From the NCBI GenBank assembly GCA_034189385.1, contig JAXHVD010000028.1, positions 1-54,920 of the forward strand: 54,920 nt of DNA, read 5' to 3'. Numbering within the stretch: the first letter of the stretch is position 1; the number at the start of each line of letters is the position of its first letter. The notes beneath the pieces are model-generated. The model was given only the letters and a program-made list of their open reading frames with translations, had not been told where the DNA came from and made no database searches. Both the position numbers and the translations under genes were made by a program. Below are positions 6,029 through 15,498 of this stretch, one piece after another. This stretch comes from Thermodesulfobacteriota bacterium. GTDB taxonomy: Bacteria; Desulfobacterota; Desulfobacteria; Desulfobacterales; C00003060.

Positions 6029-8948
6029 TCAACAGCGGTCTGAATTGTAGGTAGCCGCGACTTCCTAAATGATGAATCAAAGCCCTGGCCAACTCCGCTG
6101 GCTTGCCCCCACATTGCAGTGCGTTTGACAGGATGGTTTGGGCTTCCTCGATCCACCCATGTATGCTCCAACCTTCCTCGTCACCTTTGGCAAGGTATTC
6201 CAAACACTGGACCGCTTCCAAAGGCATTTTTTCAGAAATTGCTGCAAGCCTGTCCACAACAAGATGGACTGGATCAGTCTTTTTCATTAGTCTCAAAGTT
6301 TCCAGGAGCTGCTTTATCGCCCATTCATCATCAATTTTGCCAGAGGCAAACCACGACCCAAAAGCTCGCATTTCAGATAGATTCTCTTGTCTGTTAGAAG
6401 CAGTCTGGGCTTCACTGAAACGGGTCTTCCAGAGCTGCTTAAGACAATCTAGAACCTCGGTTGCAACATCTCCTTCTGTGTTTCGAAGACTCCGCCCTAC
6501 GAATTCCAGAGCGCTCCCCCTGACGGCAGGTGAGGCCTTTTCCCAAAACCTACTCAAGAAGCCGTTGGGCTCGTCCAGACTGAGTCTTCCTCTCCAGTAG
6601 AAGACCATCAGATGCTGCCCAAGCCTCACCTGCGGACTTTCATACTCATCAGTTTCCTCGCTTGGTTCGTCTAATCGATCAATTGCGAGAGCGTATTGAT
6701 CTTGAAGTGCTTCGAATACGTAATTATACGCATAGCAATGGGTGACATACGTGTCCCACGCGGCATGCCATAATGGTCTCTCCTTTTCTGATAAGGGAAA
6801 AATCCTATTTGCATTCTCGTGGGACCAAGTAGAATCGAGTGAAACAAGCCAAGGAAAGGACTGGCCATAGACTGCTCGAATAGCCAAAGAAGACTCAACT
6901 GAAGTGTTTAGACGGGTTTCTAGAACATGCTGCACCTCACGCATCTCACCAAATCCCCGAGCCAATCGTTCTTCTGAATCGGGTTCTTTCTTCAAATGAC
7001 GTCTTACCCACAATGCATATCTAATGACCGCGTGCATTGCCGCCCCGCGCGTTGTGTTGAAAGAAGCTGTTATCGGATCCAAATCGGTTCCACCGCTCTC
7101 TGCTTCATATTCCGGTGTGGGTTCAGGATCCTCGGTCAGGGTTTGAAGTACTCTCCAAACTTCTTCTCGGTATTCGTAGGTGAGAGGGCTCTCATCTTCT
7201 TTGAGTGCCAGAGAGAGAAAATCTACAATTGCTTTCCGCGTCCAGCCCCAATGAGGGTCTTCGTCCCTTCCGTTGTCTTCTGTGACCTGCATATCCCTCT
7301 TTTGTTCCAGGACCCAATTACAAAGACCCAAGACCGGTTTCCATGTGAAAGCCTTGTCTTTTCCGACGGCATCCCTCAACCCTACAAGCAATGCACGCAC
7401 ATACGTTGGATGCAACTCTTGAAATCTGGCTGCTTCATCGGAGAAGACATGTGGTCTCTCGCTCACAACAGAGGATAACACTCTTCCCAATCCTTCGCGA
7501 GACGGGGCCATTGGCTCGCCGGATGGTTTCCACGTTCTGAGAAACGATACCACCTCCGGCAAGGTCATATTCTGAAGCTCATCTGCGCTTTTAGGGCTGG
7601 CTGGTCCAACCCAACTCCTCGAATAACTGGGGAATGCTGGATGCTCTGGCTCACCGCCCTCGGCCACAAGTTCTTCGTAACGATCCTTCCACTCTCTGGG
7701 AAGCGCTTCTTTAAACCATGCAAGCCGAAGTCTCTGCCAGCCCTTTCTATAGCGGTCAGCATCATCATCCGTCTGTGGAACACCCGTAAACTCTTCCTCC
7801 CGCTTCTTGAATTCTTCAAGATTAGGGCCTTCTTCTATCCATCCGAGGATAATTTTCTGCTGTTGATCCGGCAGCAATCCAAAGCAATCATTCAACAGCA
7901 TTGCGTATTCGTGTTGGTAGGCTGCACCATCAAAGAGGGCACGATTCGTCAGGCGTTGGGCGATCAAATCAAGGGCAGAATGCGGAAATAGCCTTAGAAG
8001 ATGGAGAGCGATACGCTGAAATACTGGCCAGGGGTACCTATCACTTTCGAGTATCCCTATTAGGTTTACAACGTTTATAGATCGTGCTCGAATGAGCGAT
8101 TTGCATGCGTCGCGTACTGAGGTAACTAGCAGGTCCCTCAACCCATGATGTCGGTTTTGCGGATGATCCTCTATGGAAGGGCGCCAGATCCACGAATAGT
8201 CCAAGGGCAAAGTCCCAATAGCCTCTCTTCGAGAATATTGGAGTGCACTTCCCAACAGATCACAAAGCAGTTCAATCGCCCGGGTGCCAGCCACCTTCAC
8301 TAGTTCTGGAACATTCTTGTCAAGGATTTCCTTGTATTCCCATTGATCGAATCGGGGAGTTGGTTGCGGAGATAGATGTTCTTTCACTCTTTGTCGGCTT
8401 TTCGGATCAGGCAAGGCCTCAAGAAGCGTTCTGGTAAGCCGAAGCGCAGCATCGACCTGTCCGCCACGGGCAAAATGCTCGACTAGAATACCGAGTTTTC
8501 GTGGCAACAGGAACTGATGTGACGACTTCGCCCAACTCACTGCTTTTTCTGTCAGCTTTGCCGAGAGCTCGGCTGGCATGGCTGTTGCCGCATCAGCCAA
8601 ATCCTCATAAACAAGGACATTTCCAACGTCAGGGAGACACGATATCACATCTGCGACTTCTTCCGGTCTTGACTGTGCGACCCGCGCCAAATAGCCAGAC
8701 TGAGGCCATATAGGAAAACTTACCACGCCTCTTTCAGGATCTATGTGAGGTGGTGGAACACGACTGAACCTGCCTCCGCGAATTAGCAGGTCAAGCCACC
8801 GTACGTCTCGCAGGGAGCTGTAAAAATATCGAACGGAGGCTTCTTCTTGAAGCAAAGGATCCACATCCCTTTCCAGGTCACAGATTGCGGGTCCTCTTTT
8901 CACGACATCATCTATTCTTGCCAGCCTGTCAAAAAAGGGCTCTTTCAT
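6006..8948 (-). CDS. Large (980 aa) predicted all-alpha protein, partner of SIR2; no NTPase motif seen
   Basis: ATG 8948 overlaps the SIR2 stop (ATGA), with AGGTG upstream. Leu/Trp-rich helical composition; no Walker A found by eye. The ORF track opens at 9014. Confidence 0.8.
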   Translation of the reverse strand: MKEPFFDRLARIDDVVKRGPAICDLERDVDPLLQEEASVRYFYSSLRDVRWLDLLIRGGRFSRVPPPHIDPERGVVSFPIWPQSGYLARVAQSRPEEVADVISCLPDVGNVLVYEDLADAATAMPAELSAKLTEKAVSWAKSSHQFLLPRKLGILVEHFARGGQVDAALRLTRTLLEALPDPKSRQRVKEHLSPQPTPRFDQWEYKEILDKNVPELVKVAGTRAIELLCDLLGSALQYSRREAIGTLPLDYSWIWRPSIEDHPQNRHHGLRDLLVTSVRDACKSLIRARSINVVNLIGILESDRYPWPVFQRIALHLLRLFPHSALDLIAQRLTNRALFDGAAYQHEYAMLLNDCFGLLPDQQQKIILGWIEEGPNLEEFKKREEEFTGVPQTDDDADRYRKGWQRLRLAWFKEALPREWKDRYEELVAEGGEPEHPAFPSYSRSWVGPASPKSADELQNMTLPEVVSFLRTWKPSGEPMAPSREGLGRVLSSVVSERPHVFSDEAARFQELHPTYVRALLVGLRDAVGKDKAFTWKPVLGLCNWVLEQKRDMQVTEDNGRDEDPHWGWTRKAIVDFLSLALKEDESPLTYEYREEVWRVLQTLTEDPEPTPEYEAESGGTDLDPITASFNTTRGAAMHAVIRYALWVRRHLKKEPDSEERLARGFGEMREVQHVLETRLNTSVESSLAIRAVYGQSFPWLVSLDSTWSHENANRIFPLSEKERPLWHAAWDTYVTHCYAYNYVFEALQDQYALAIDRLDEPSEETDEYESPQVRLGQHLMVFYWRGRLSLDEPNGFLSRFWEKASPAVRGSALEFVGRSLRNTEGDVATEVLDCLKQLWKTRFSEAQTASNRQENLSEMRAFGSWFASGKIDDEWAIKQLLETLRLMKKTDPVHLVVDRLAAISEKMPLEAVQCLEYLAKGDEEGWSIHGWIEEAQTILSNALQCGGKPAELARALIHHLGSRGYLQFRPLLNERFNAN

Positions 8949-9916
8949 GGAAACACCTTTTGACTCAGACCATGTCTGACTTCTGACGAAACCTGGATAT
9001 GAGCTCTGTTGCATAGCTGTTCAAGAAGTTCTTCGACCTCGCTATGTCGGTCGTCAGTTGGTTCATATCTTACCACTTCAATCTCCATTTCCCCAAATCG
9101 AACATCCTCGGCCTGTTCAGCCTGATAGTCACGTTCAATGCCTTTTCCAGCAGAAGCGATTCTGATTTCATCGCTCCCAGAATATAGCGTGGGGCGGAGT
9201 ACAAATCTCTGAGGTGTACGTGCCCCTGGCTGCGAACGTTGGATCTGAAGATGGATTGTGTGGACTCTCGCAAAAGCCTCGTACATGGCAGGTTCAGCCA
9301 GACTGCAGCCTATGAACAACACATCATAATATAGCAGCAGTTGGGTTAAGAAGTCCGCAACGGGGCCGGTATTGCCGTAGGCCAGATCATACTCACTCGT
9401 CGATAGGACGAGCCCCTCTCCTCTCGGCATGTTATTCTGTCTTGCCAGACCGTGAAGATGGAAAATCGAACCAGGATTCCTCTCGATGATAGGAATTGGA
9501 AGTGCTGGATATGTACAGACCGTCCTTTTTCCATGGGCTCCTGCGGCATCGTCAAGAAGAGGATCGAAATTTGTAGTGACATAAGCCCTGAAAGGCAATT
9601 TCATTAGCAGGTGAAACGCACGCCGCGTTGTCACAACGGGGCCGCCAAAGAGTTGGCCTAGCGACGTATTGTAGGCCGTAAGATTGGCTTGTTTGCACTC
9701 ATCAGCCTTGTCCATGAGCTCATCGGCAGATGGGTAGTGCTCTGGAGGCAGAGGTGTCACCTGACAGGCTTTGCATAGGTGACGAACAGTCTCCTGCCAG
9801 CCAGGATAGTCGGCCACTTCCGAAAGCCCCGCTCCCACCCAGGCAACGCAGTTACCGTTCTTGATTATTGGCCAGAGCTTCACTGATAGCCGCGTTAAGT
9901 CGTCAAGGCTCAACAT
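8945..9916 (-). CDS. SIR2-like (SIR2_2, defence-type NADase) protein
   Basis: WVGAGLS, YVTTNFD, IFHLHG and VLFIGCSL motifs; AAGGAG RBS before the ATG. Confidence 0.88.
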   Translation of the reverse strand: MLSLDDLTRLSVKLWPIIKNGNCVAWVGAGLSEVADYPGWQETVRHLCKACQVTPLPPEHYPSADELMDKADECKQANLTAYNTSLGQLFGGPVVTTRRAFHLLMKLPFRAYVTTNFDPLLDDAAGAHGKRTVCTYPALPIPIIERNPGSIFHLHGLARQNNMPRGEGLVLSTSEYDLAYGNTGPVADFLTQLLLYYDVLFIGCSLAEPAMYEAFARVHTIHLQIQRSQPGARTPQRFVLRPTLYSGSDEIRIASAGKGIERDYQAEQAEDVRFGEMEIEVVRYEPTDDRHSEVEELLEQLCNRAHIQVSSEVRHGLSQKVFP

Positions 9917-10269
9917 GTCTCCTTTGCAGATTCACCATCTCCAGTCAAAACTCTGAAATAGGCGTGCCCCTCCCAAAAGACATGTTTGACTCGCCGTTGT
10001 TTCAGCCACTCCCCAGCTGGCAGACGTGAGGACGGGGTTTCTGTTGACTCACGATTTCCTTCTCCGTTCAAACTGGAAGACAGCGCAGCCTTCGGCGTAT
10101 CGAATACCATGGCTGTTTCTCAAACGCCGGCAAAACGGGAGCTCTTTCAATGCATATATTCGTTCCGTCCCCGAATGCCTTCTCGGAGCCATGGAAAACG
10201 CCCAACAACCAACTCTTCCCTATTCCAAGGCTCTGGCAAGTGTCAGACCGCGCTCGCCAAAAATCACCC

Positions 10270-13200
10270 TCAGGCAGCGGCTGAACTGCCACTCTCATAC
10301 GTCAGCGTAAAGACCGAATCGGCGAGCCACTTCCTAAAGCTCGGGTTGTCGCTGAACTGTTTGAAAAGCTCCGTGTCGTCGGCCAGGAGTTCCAAGACAG
10401 CCCTTTCGAGTGCCCTGTCATGCTCAATTCGCGCGTTCTGTTTGTCTGAGTTTTTAATAGCATTCTGGTAGGCCCTATCCGCTGCCACTTTCTGGGGGAT
10501 CTCCTTGCTTACCATCTGCTCTATTCTGTCTCTGTCCCTCCAGTCTATGTTGCCAAACTGGTCGTTAAATGCCTTAATAATGTTGCTGAGAAGGTCTAGT
10601 TCCACCTCAGGCTTTCTACCGCCGCCGTCCGTGGGGACCGGCCCAATTTCAGCATCTTGGTCCGCGAGAGAGATCTCCACAGATGCCTTGACTTCCACTC
10701 GGTAACTGTCCATATCGATGGCTTCCAAGATCCCCTTTGAAAGGTCTTCTTCAATGGGTGCAGGCAACTTCGGAATCAGGAAGTTCAAGAAGATGGAAAG
10801 CTTCTCCCACTCTGCATTGGTATATGGCAGAATCGAAGCCAAGAAGTTGTAAGCCCGGACGAAGGCCTTGGCCTTGCCTTTGAAGTCTACCTGCCCGTCC
10901 TCGTCAAGGTCGGCTTTATACACTGCCACACAGGCGTCGAGGATGGGATCAAGCCGATCCCGGTCGGCGCCACCGAGATACAGCTCCGCCAGACTATCGA
11001 CTTGTTCTTGCCCGTAGACCTGATACCGGTCAAGCGTGGCCTTTAGGTCATGCAGCTTGTTCGGATCAGTCTCTTCGCTCAGGATCGTGGTGCGGTAGTA
11101 TTCGGAAAAGGCATCCTGTATGGTATCCACGTCGTTCACAAAGTCGAGCACAAAGGTGTCGTGTTTGCGAGGATCGGCCCGGTTCAGGCGGGAGAGGGTT
11201 TGCACCGCCTTGATATCTGTTAGCACCTTGTCTACGTACATGGTGTGAAGTAGTGGTTCGTCATAGCCGGTCTGAAACTTCTCCGCCACAATCAGAAAAC
11301 GATACGGATCTTTCTGACGGATTCCCTTGACCTGCTCGGCTTTGAAATAATGCGGAATTTGGGAGCTCGGGAAGCCGTTCAGGGAGGCCTCAGTTACCTT
11401 CCTGCCGACGTATTCATGTTCCCCAGAAAAGGCCACAATAGGCCGGTACGGGCTCTTCCGCTCCCGAAGGTAGTCAAGAAAGGCATGATAGTATTGAATC
11501 GCCCTTTCAATCCTGCCTGTAACCACCATGGCCCGAGCCTGGCCGCCAATCTTGCGCCGGGCAAGCACGTGGTCGTGGAAGTGGTCCACCATGATTTCAG
11601 CCTTCTGCCGGATGGCGTGTTCGTGCGATTCAATATAACGGCGAAGCTTCTTCCTGGCCCTCTTAGAGTCAAACACGGGATCGTCGGGGATCGTCTTCAT
11701 CAGGCGATAGTAGCTTTCCACCGGGGTGAAGTTCTTGAGCACGTCCATAATGAAGCCTTCCTGGATGGCTTGCTTCATTGTGTAGGAGTGAAAGGGGCGA
11801 TGCTTGACCTTGTCACCAGCCGGATAAGGCTCTCCGAAGATCTCCAAGGTTTTGTTCTTGGGCGTCGCGGTGAAGGCAAAGTAGCTCGCGTTTGAAAGCA
11901 TCTTACGTGCTTCCATAATCCTGTTGATCCGGTCCTCGAAGGTCTCCTCCTCTTCTTCGACGCCTTGCTCGGAAAGGGCGATGTTCATCTTGGCAGAGGT
12001 GCGCCCGCCTTGGCTGGAGTGGGCTTCGTCGATGATGATGGCGAAGTTCCGGCTCCGATGTTCATCTCCAATCTCGTCCAAGATGAAGGGGAACTTCTGT
12101 ACCGTGGAAATGATGATCTTCTTGCCCTCTTTGATAAAGCGTCGCAGGTCGCCCGAGCGTTCGGCATGGCCCACCGTGGCCGAGACCTGGGCGAATTGCT
12201 TGATGGTGTCCTTGATTTGCTTGTCCAACACAAGGCGGTCCGTCACCACGATAATCGAGTCAAAGACCATCTTGTCGTTTCTTGAAAGACCAATGAGCTG
12301 GTGAGCCAACCAGGCAATGGAGTTGGACTTGCCGCTGCCAGCCGAGTGCTGGATCAGGTAGCGCTTGCCTGCTCCCTTTTCCTTAGCATCGGCAAGAAGC
12401 CCTCGCACCACGTCAAGCTGGTGATAGCGCGGGAAGATCTGTTTTCGCTTCTTCTTTCCTGTCTTGGCGTCCTTTTCCTCCACGATTTGGGCGTAGTTTT
12501 CGAGGATGTCTGACAGGCCCCACCGCGTCAGAACCTCCTTCCACAGATAATCCGTCTTGATGCCACCTGGGTTTGGAGGATTGCCCGCCCCGTCGTTGAA
12601 GCCCTTGTCAAAGGGCAGAAACCAGGAGTGCTTGCCTTTGAGATGCGTACACATGCGAACTTCTTGATCGTCCACTGCAAAGTGCACCGCACAGCGGCTG
12701 AACTGAAAAAGAAGCTCCCTGGGATCCCGCTCCCGCTTGTATTGTTGGACGGCGTCCGCCACGGTTTGTTTCGTCAGATTGTTCTTTAACTCGAAGGTCG
12801 CAAAAGGCAGGCCGTTAATAAAAAGGGCCATATCGAGGGCAAGCAGGGTTTCGTCCCGGCTATAACGCAACTGACGGGTAACGCTGAATATGTTCGCCCG
12901 GAATAGCTCCTCTGCCTTAGTGTTTCCCGGCGTTGGCGTGGCGTAGAAAAGGTCAACAGAGGCCGGGCCGTGTTTGACGCCGTTCCTTAGCACGTCAATG
13001 ACGCCCCGCTTTGCGGTCTCACCTTGAAGGCGATGCAGGAACTGCTGACGCCTCGGTCCGTCCTCACCAAGGCCAAGCACCTCGACCGCCTTGGGTTGAG
13101 TCGTGATCAAGAAGTCCAGCAGCTTGGCCAGGTCCACCGCATGCTCACGGTCATAGTCACTCGGATCACCGCATATCCAGCCACCGCCACCGTAGGCCGG

Positions 13201-13308
13201 TGTCGGCTCCCGCACGTCACCCGGTCGGGGCGGGTCACAGGGGCGTCCGGTGAGGGCCGTGCAGATCAGCCGTTCAAGGCCGCGTTCGGTGGTATCAGAA
13301 ACGGTCAT
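10270..13308 (-). CDS. hsdR: Type I restriction enzyme R subunit
   Basis: D..ELK nuclease motif (LDMALFINGLPFATFELKN), QHSAGSGKS Walker A, IIDEAH, FTATP, QTLSRLNR. ATG 13308 has a GGAGG RBS and overlaps the upstream stop (ATGA). Confidence 0.95.
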   Translation of the reverse strand: MTVSDTTERGLERLICTALTGRPCDPPRPGDVREPTPAYGGGGWICGDPSDYDREHAVDLAKLLDFLITTQPKAVEVLGLGEDGPRRQQFLHRLQGETAKRGVIDVLRNGVKHGPASVDLFYATPTPGNTKAEELFRANIFSVTRQLRYSRDETLLALDMALFINGLPFATFELKNNLTKQTVADAVQQYKRERDPRELLFQFSRCAVHFAVDDQEVRMCTHLKGKHSWFLPFDKGFNDGAGNPPNPGGIKTDYLWKEVLTRWGLSDILENYAQIVEEKDAKTGKKKRKQIFPRYHQLDVVRGLLADAKEKGAGKRYLIQHSAGSGKSNSIAWLAHQLIGLSRNDKMVFDSIIVVTDRLVLDKQIKDTIKQFAQVSATVGHAERSGDLRRFIKEGKKIIISTVQKFPFILDEIGDEHRSRNFAIIIDEAHSSQGGRTSAKMNIALSEQGVEEEEETFEDRINRIMEARKMLSNASYFAFTATPKNKTLEIFGEPYPAGDKVKHRPFHSYTMKQAIQEGFIMDVLKNFTPVESYYRLMKTIPDDPVFDSKRARKKLRRYIESHEHAIRQKAEIMVDHFHDHVLARRKIGGQARAMVVTGRIERAIQYYHAFLDYLRERKSPYRPIVAFSGEHEYVGRKVTEASLNGFPSSQIPHYFKAEQVKGIRQKDPYRFLIVAEKFQTGYDEPLLHTMYVDKVLTDIKAVQTLSRLNRADPRKHDTFVLDFVNDVDTIQDAFSEYYRTTILSEETDPNKLHDLKATLDRYQVYGQEQVDSLAELYLGGADRDRLDPILDACVAVYKADLDEDGQVDFKGKAKAFVRAYNFLASILPYTNAEWEKLSIFLNFLIPKLPAPIEEDLSKGILEAIDMDSYRVEVKASVEISLADQDAEIGPVPTDGGGRKPEVELDLLSNIIKAFNDQFGNIDWRDRDRIEQMVSKEIPQKVAADRAYQNAIKNSDKQNARIEHDRALERAVLELLADDTELFKQFSDNPSFRKWLADSVFTLTYESGSSAAA

Positions 13309-14093
13309 TTCTTTCCTCCGGCGTGTCCCGCAAATACCCGCCACTCCAAATCGAGCGAGCGGATGATGGGGCGAAAGGGCGTGCCGCAAACCATTACCTT
13401 GCTCTCCCAAACACCGTCAGGAACAATACCCTTTGAGTACTTATAGACCGCATTGCTCCAGGCTTCTGCAGACGGAAATGGGCTGGACATTTCATCCGCA
13501 TTCAGGAAGCCCAGGTACACAAGTATAACTGGAATGCCCATGGAGGCCAGCTTCCAGCTCCACGCGAAACGATTACAGAGCTGGTAGTGCGCATCACGGG
13601 AAAGCGCCCAGCCGGAATGGTAGCTCTTCAGATCATTATTCGCGTCCTCAATTGCCAAACCGATCTGCTCATGATTCTTCTTACCATTCTCCGTTGTCGG
13701 TTCTGTTTTCCCGGCAATGGCCAACTCATTCATATGGGCTTTCGCCTCGACAAGAATCAGGCCTCTTCTCCCTTCAATGCTGCAGTCTGCGACAAGATCC
13801 CAGTTGGGTGTGTTGGCCCTTGGCTTCACCTCCAACCACCAATCCATAACGGTCTCTCGGTCTTTCGGTTTAAGGAACAGCTGCGCTTCACCCAGACGCG
13901 CCTCTGCTGGTTCCAGAAGGCCTTTTGGCATCCACTCGTCTTTCTCGCTGTGAACCACACCATAGGGCTGAACAAGCTCAGAAAGACACAAGGCAATCTG
14001 CTTTCGTGGCAGACTGGTCAGCATCAGACACCGCAGCCTGCTGCCCTTGAGATCCGTCTTCTGGAGAGTCACAGTCTTCTCACCCGTGAGCAT
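13305..14093 (-). CDS. PD-(D/E)XK nuclease-like protein embedded in the hsd operon
   Basis: NWDL...LILVEAKAH (D...E-x-K) and a downstream YQL motif; overlaps both hsdS and hsdR. Confidence 0.65.
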   Translation of the reverse strand: MLTGEKTVTLQKTDLKGSRLRCLMLTSLPRKQIALCLSELVQPYGVVHSEKDEWMPKGLLEPAEARLGEAQLFLKPKDRETVMDWWLEVKPRANTPNWDLVADCSIEGRRGLILVEAKAHMNELAIAGKTEPTTENGKKNHEQIGLAIEDANNDLKSYHSGWALSRDAHYQLCNRFAWSWKLASMGIPVILVYLGFLNADEMSSPFPSAEAWSNAVYKYSKGIVPDGVWESKVMVCGTPFRPIIRSLDLEWRVFAGHAGGKK

Positions 14094-15498
14094 CTACAGC
14101 CTCCATGGAAGTTCCTTCCAAATCGTCTGTCAGGGTCTCGCCGTCGTCCATCAAGTCTTCGGCATCCTCCAGCCGGTCGAGCTCATCGGTTTCTTCGGGC
14201 AGCTTTGCCGCCGCTTCGCGCACGTCCAACTTACCGGTTACCACGTCGGCAATCAGTCGGGTCCGGTATTCGCGGCGGAGTTCGATTTCGCGTTTGACGC
14301 GCTCTTCGGTGCGTTCTAGCTCCTGTATGCTTGCAGCTATGCCCCGAACGATGCGTCTCTGCTCCTCTTCCGGCGGTAAAGGCAGCTTGATTGTCCCAAA
14401 TCGATCCGTATATAGCCGCATGAAGCCGGAAGATCCAGTGCCAAGCCCTTTGGACTCGATGCGGAAAACGCTGCTAGCGGCTTGAGTTTTGAACAGCCGT
14501 AAGAAATACATTGGGTCGACGTTTTCAATCGGCTCAAAGACCGCGTAATCGGGACTAACAAGTCCAGCTTGATTTGCGATACCGAACATACCAATTGCGG
14601 CCCGCATCCGGTTCATTACAATCTGCCCGGGCTCAACCTTCTTGAAACCAACCAACGCTTGAACTGTGATCGGAATGGTTGATACTTCATTGTGAGGCAC
14701 GAGTCCTTGGTACATGCGTAGCGATAGCAACAGCTCCGAACCTGTCCTGGACCGATGATCCACCTCGCGAAATAGATACTTTGCTCTGCGCACCTCCCAA
14801 TGCTCAGGCACCTCCCCCAGCCATTCGACGCCTGAGGGCTTGAAGGGAACGTTGGGGTCGAGGCCCCGGGTGACTGCGTGGTGGATGATAGTTTGCTTTT
14901 GCTCCTCCAGCAGCTTGTTCAGCTTCCGCTTGGCCCGCACATATCGCCGCAAACGCTGATCCACGTAATCCAGCAAGCGCACAATTGCGGCTTGTTCCGA
15001 TTGTTCGGGAACAACAATCGGTAGCTCCAACAAGTCCTTTGGGCCGAGTGTTGCCCGAACGCCTCCGCCGAGTCGATTGAACACCTCGCGCTGATAAAGG
15101 TCAAAGTACTGATGGAAGAAGAAACGCTGCACTCCATTGTGTGTCGCCACCAAGCGAACATATGCGGGACTCATAATGCCATCCTGGTGCACAAGCCCAA
15201 CTCGACTTGTACGCAGGTTTTCCAAGTCAATAAGTTTGAAAACCAAATCCCCCTTTGCAAAAAACTGATACGTCGCGTAGTCCTTTGGAACCAACCCCTC
15301 TGGATTGTTGGGGTCGTTGTTGACCACGCCGCGGAGGGTCAGAGACAAGACATTTGTGTGTTGCCCCCCAGCATTGATTTCCTTCTTGTGGCGGAACAGC
15401 CATTTGCCTCGCAACACATCCCAATGCTCCGGTACCTCCCCGAGCCAGGGCACGCGTGAGTCCTTCATCTGAGGATAGGGCTTGAGGTCGGTAATCAT
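14080..15498 (-). CDS. hsdS: Type I restriction-modification specificity subunit
   Basis: Two repeats starting WLGEVPEHW, P..EQ..IV conserved spacers, LIADVVTGKLDV; acidic tail. Confidence 0.93.
   Translation of the reverse strand: MITDLKPYPQMKDSRVPWLGEVPEHWDVLRGKWLFRHKKEINAGGQHTNVLSLTLRGVVNNDPNNPEGLVPKDYATYQFFAKGDLVFKLIDLENLRTSRVGLVHQDGIMSPAYVRLVATHNGVQRFFFHQYFDLYQREVFNRLGGGVRATLGPKDLLELPIVVPEQSEQAAIVRLLDYVDQRLRRYVRAKRKLNKLLEEQKQTIIHHAVTRGLDPNVPFKPSGVEWLGEVPEHWEVRRAKYLFREVDHRSRTGSELLLSLRMYQGLVPHNEVSTIPITVQALVGFKKVEPGQIVMNRMRAAIGMFGIANQAGLVSPDYAVFEPIENVDPMYFLRLFKTQAASSVFRIESKGLGTGSSGFMRLYTDRFGTIKLPLPPEEEQRRIVRGIAASIQELERTEERVKREIELRREYRTRLIADVVTGKLDVREAAAKLPEETDELDRLEDAEDLMDDGETLTDDLEGTSMEAVDAHG

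Noticed and set aside
8945..9014. SIR2 and the large ORF as one frameshifted DSR-like gene
   Set aside because: The ATGA overlap and the AGGTG RBS favour two coupled genes; cannot be fully excluded without homolog alignments.
13309..13410. N-terminal extension of HsdR in the ORF track
   Set aside because: It overlaps the upstream gene. ATG 13308 has a GGAGG RBS and the typical SDTTERGLE start.
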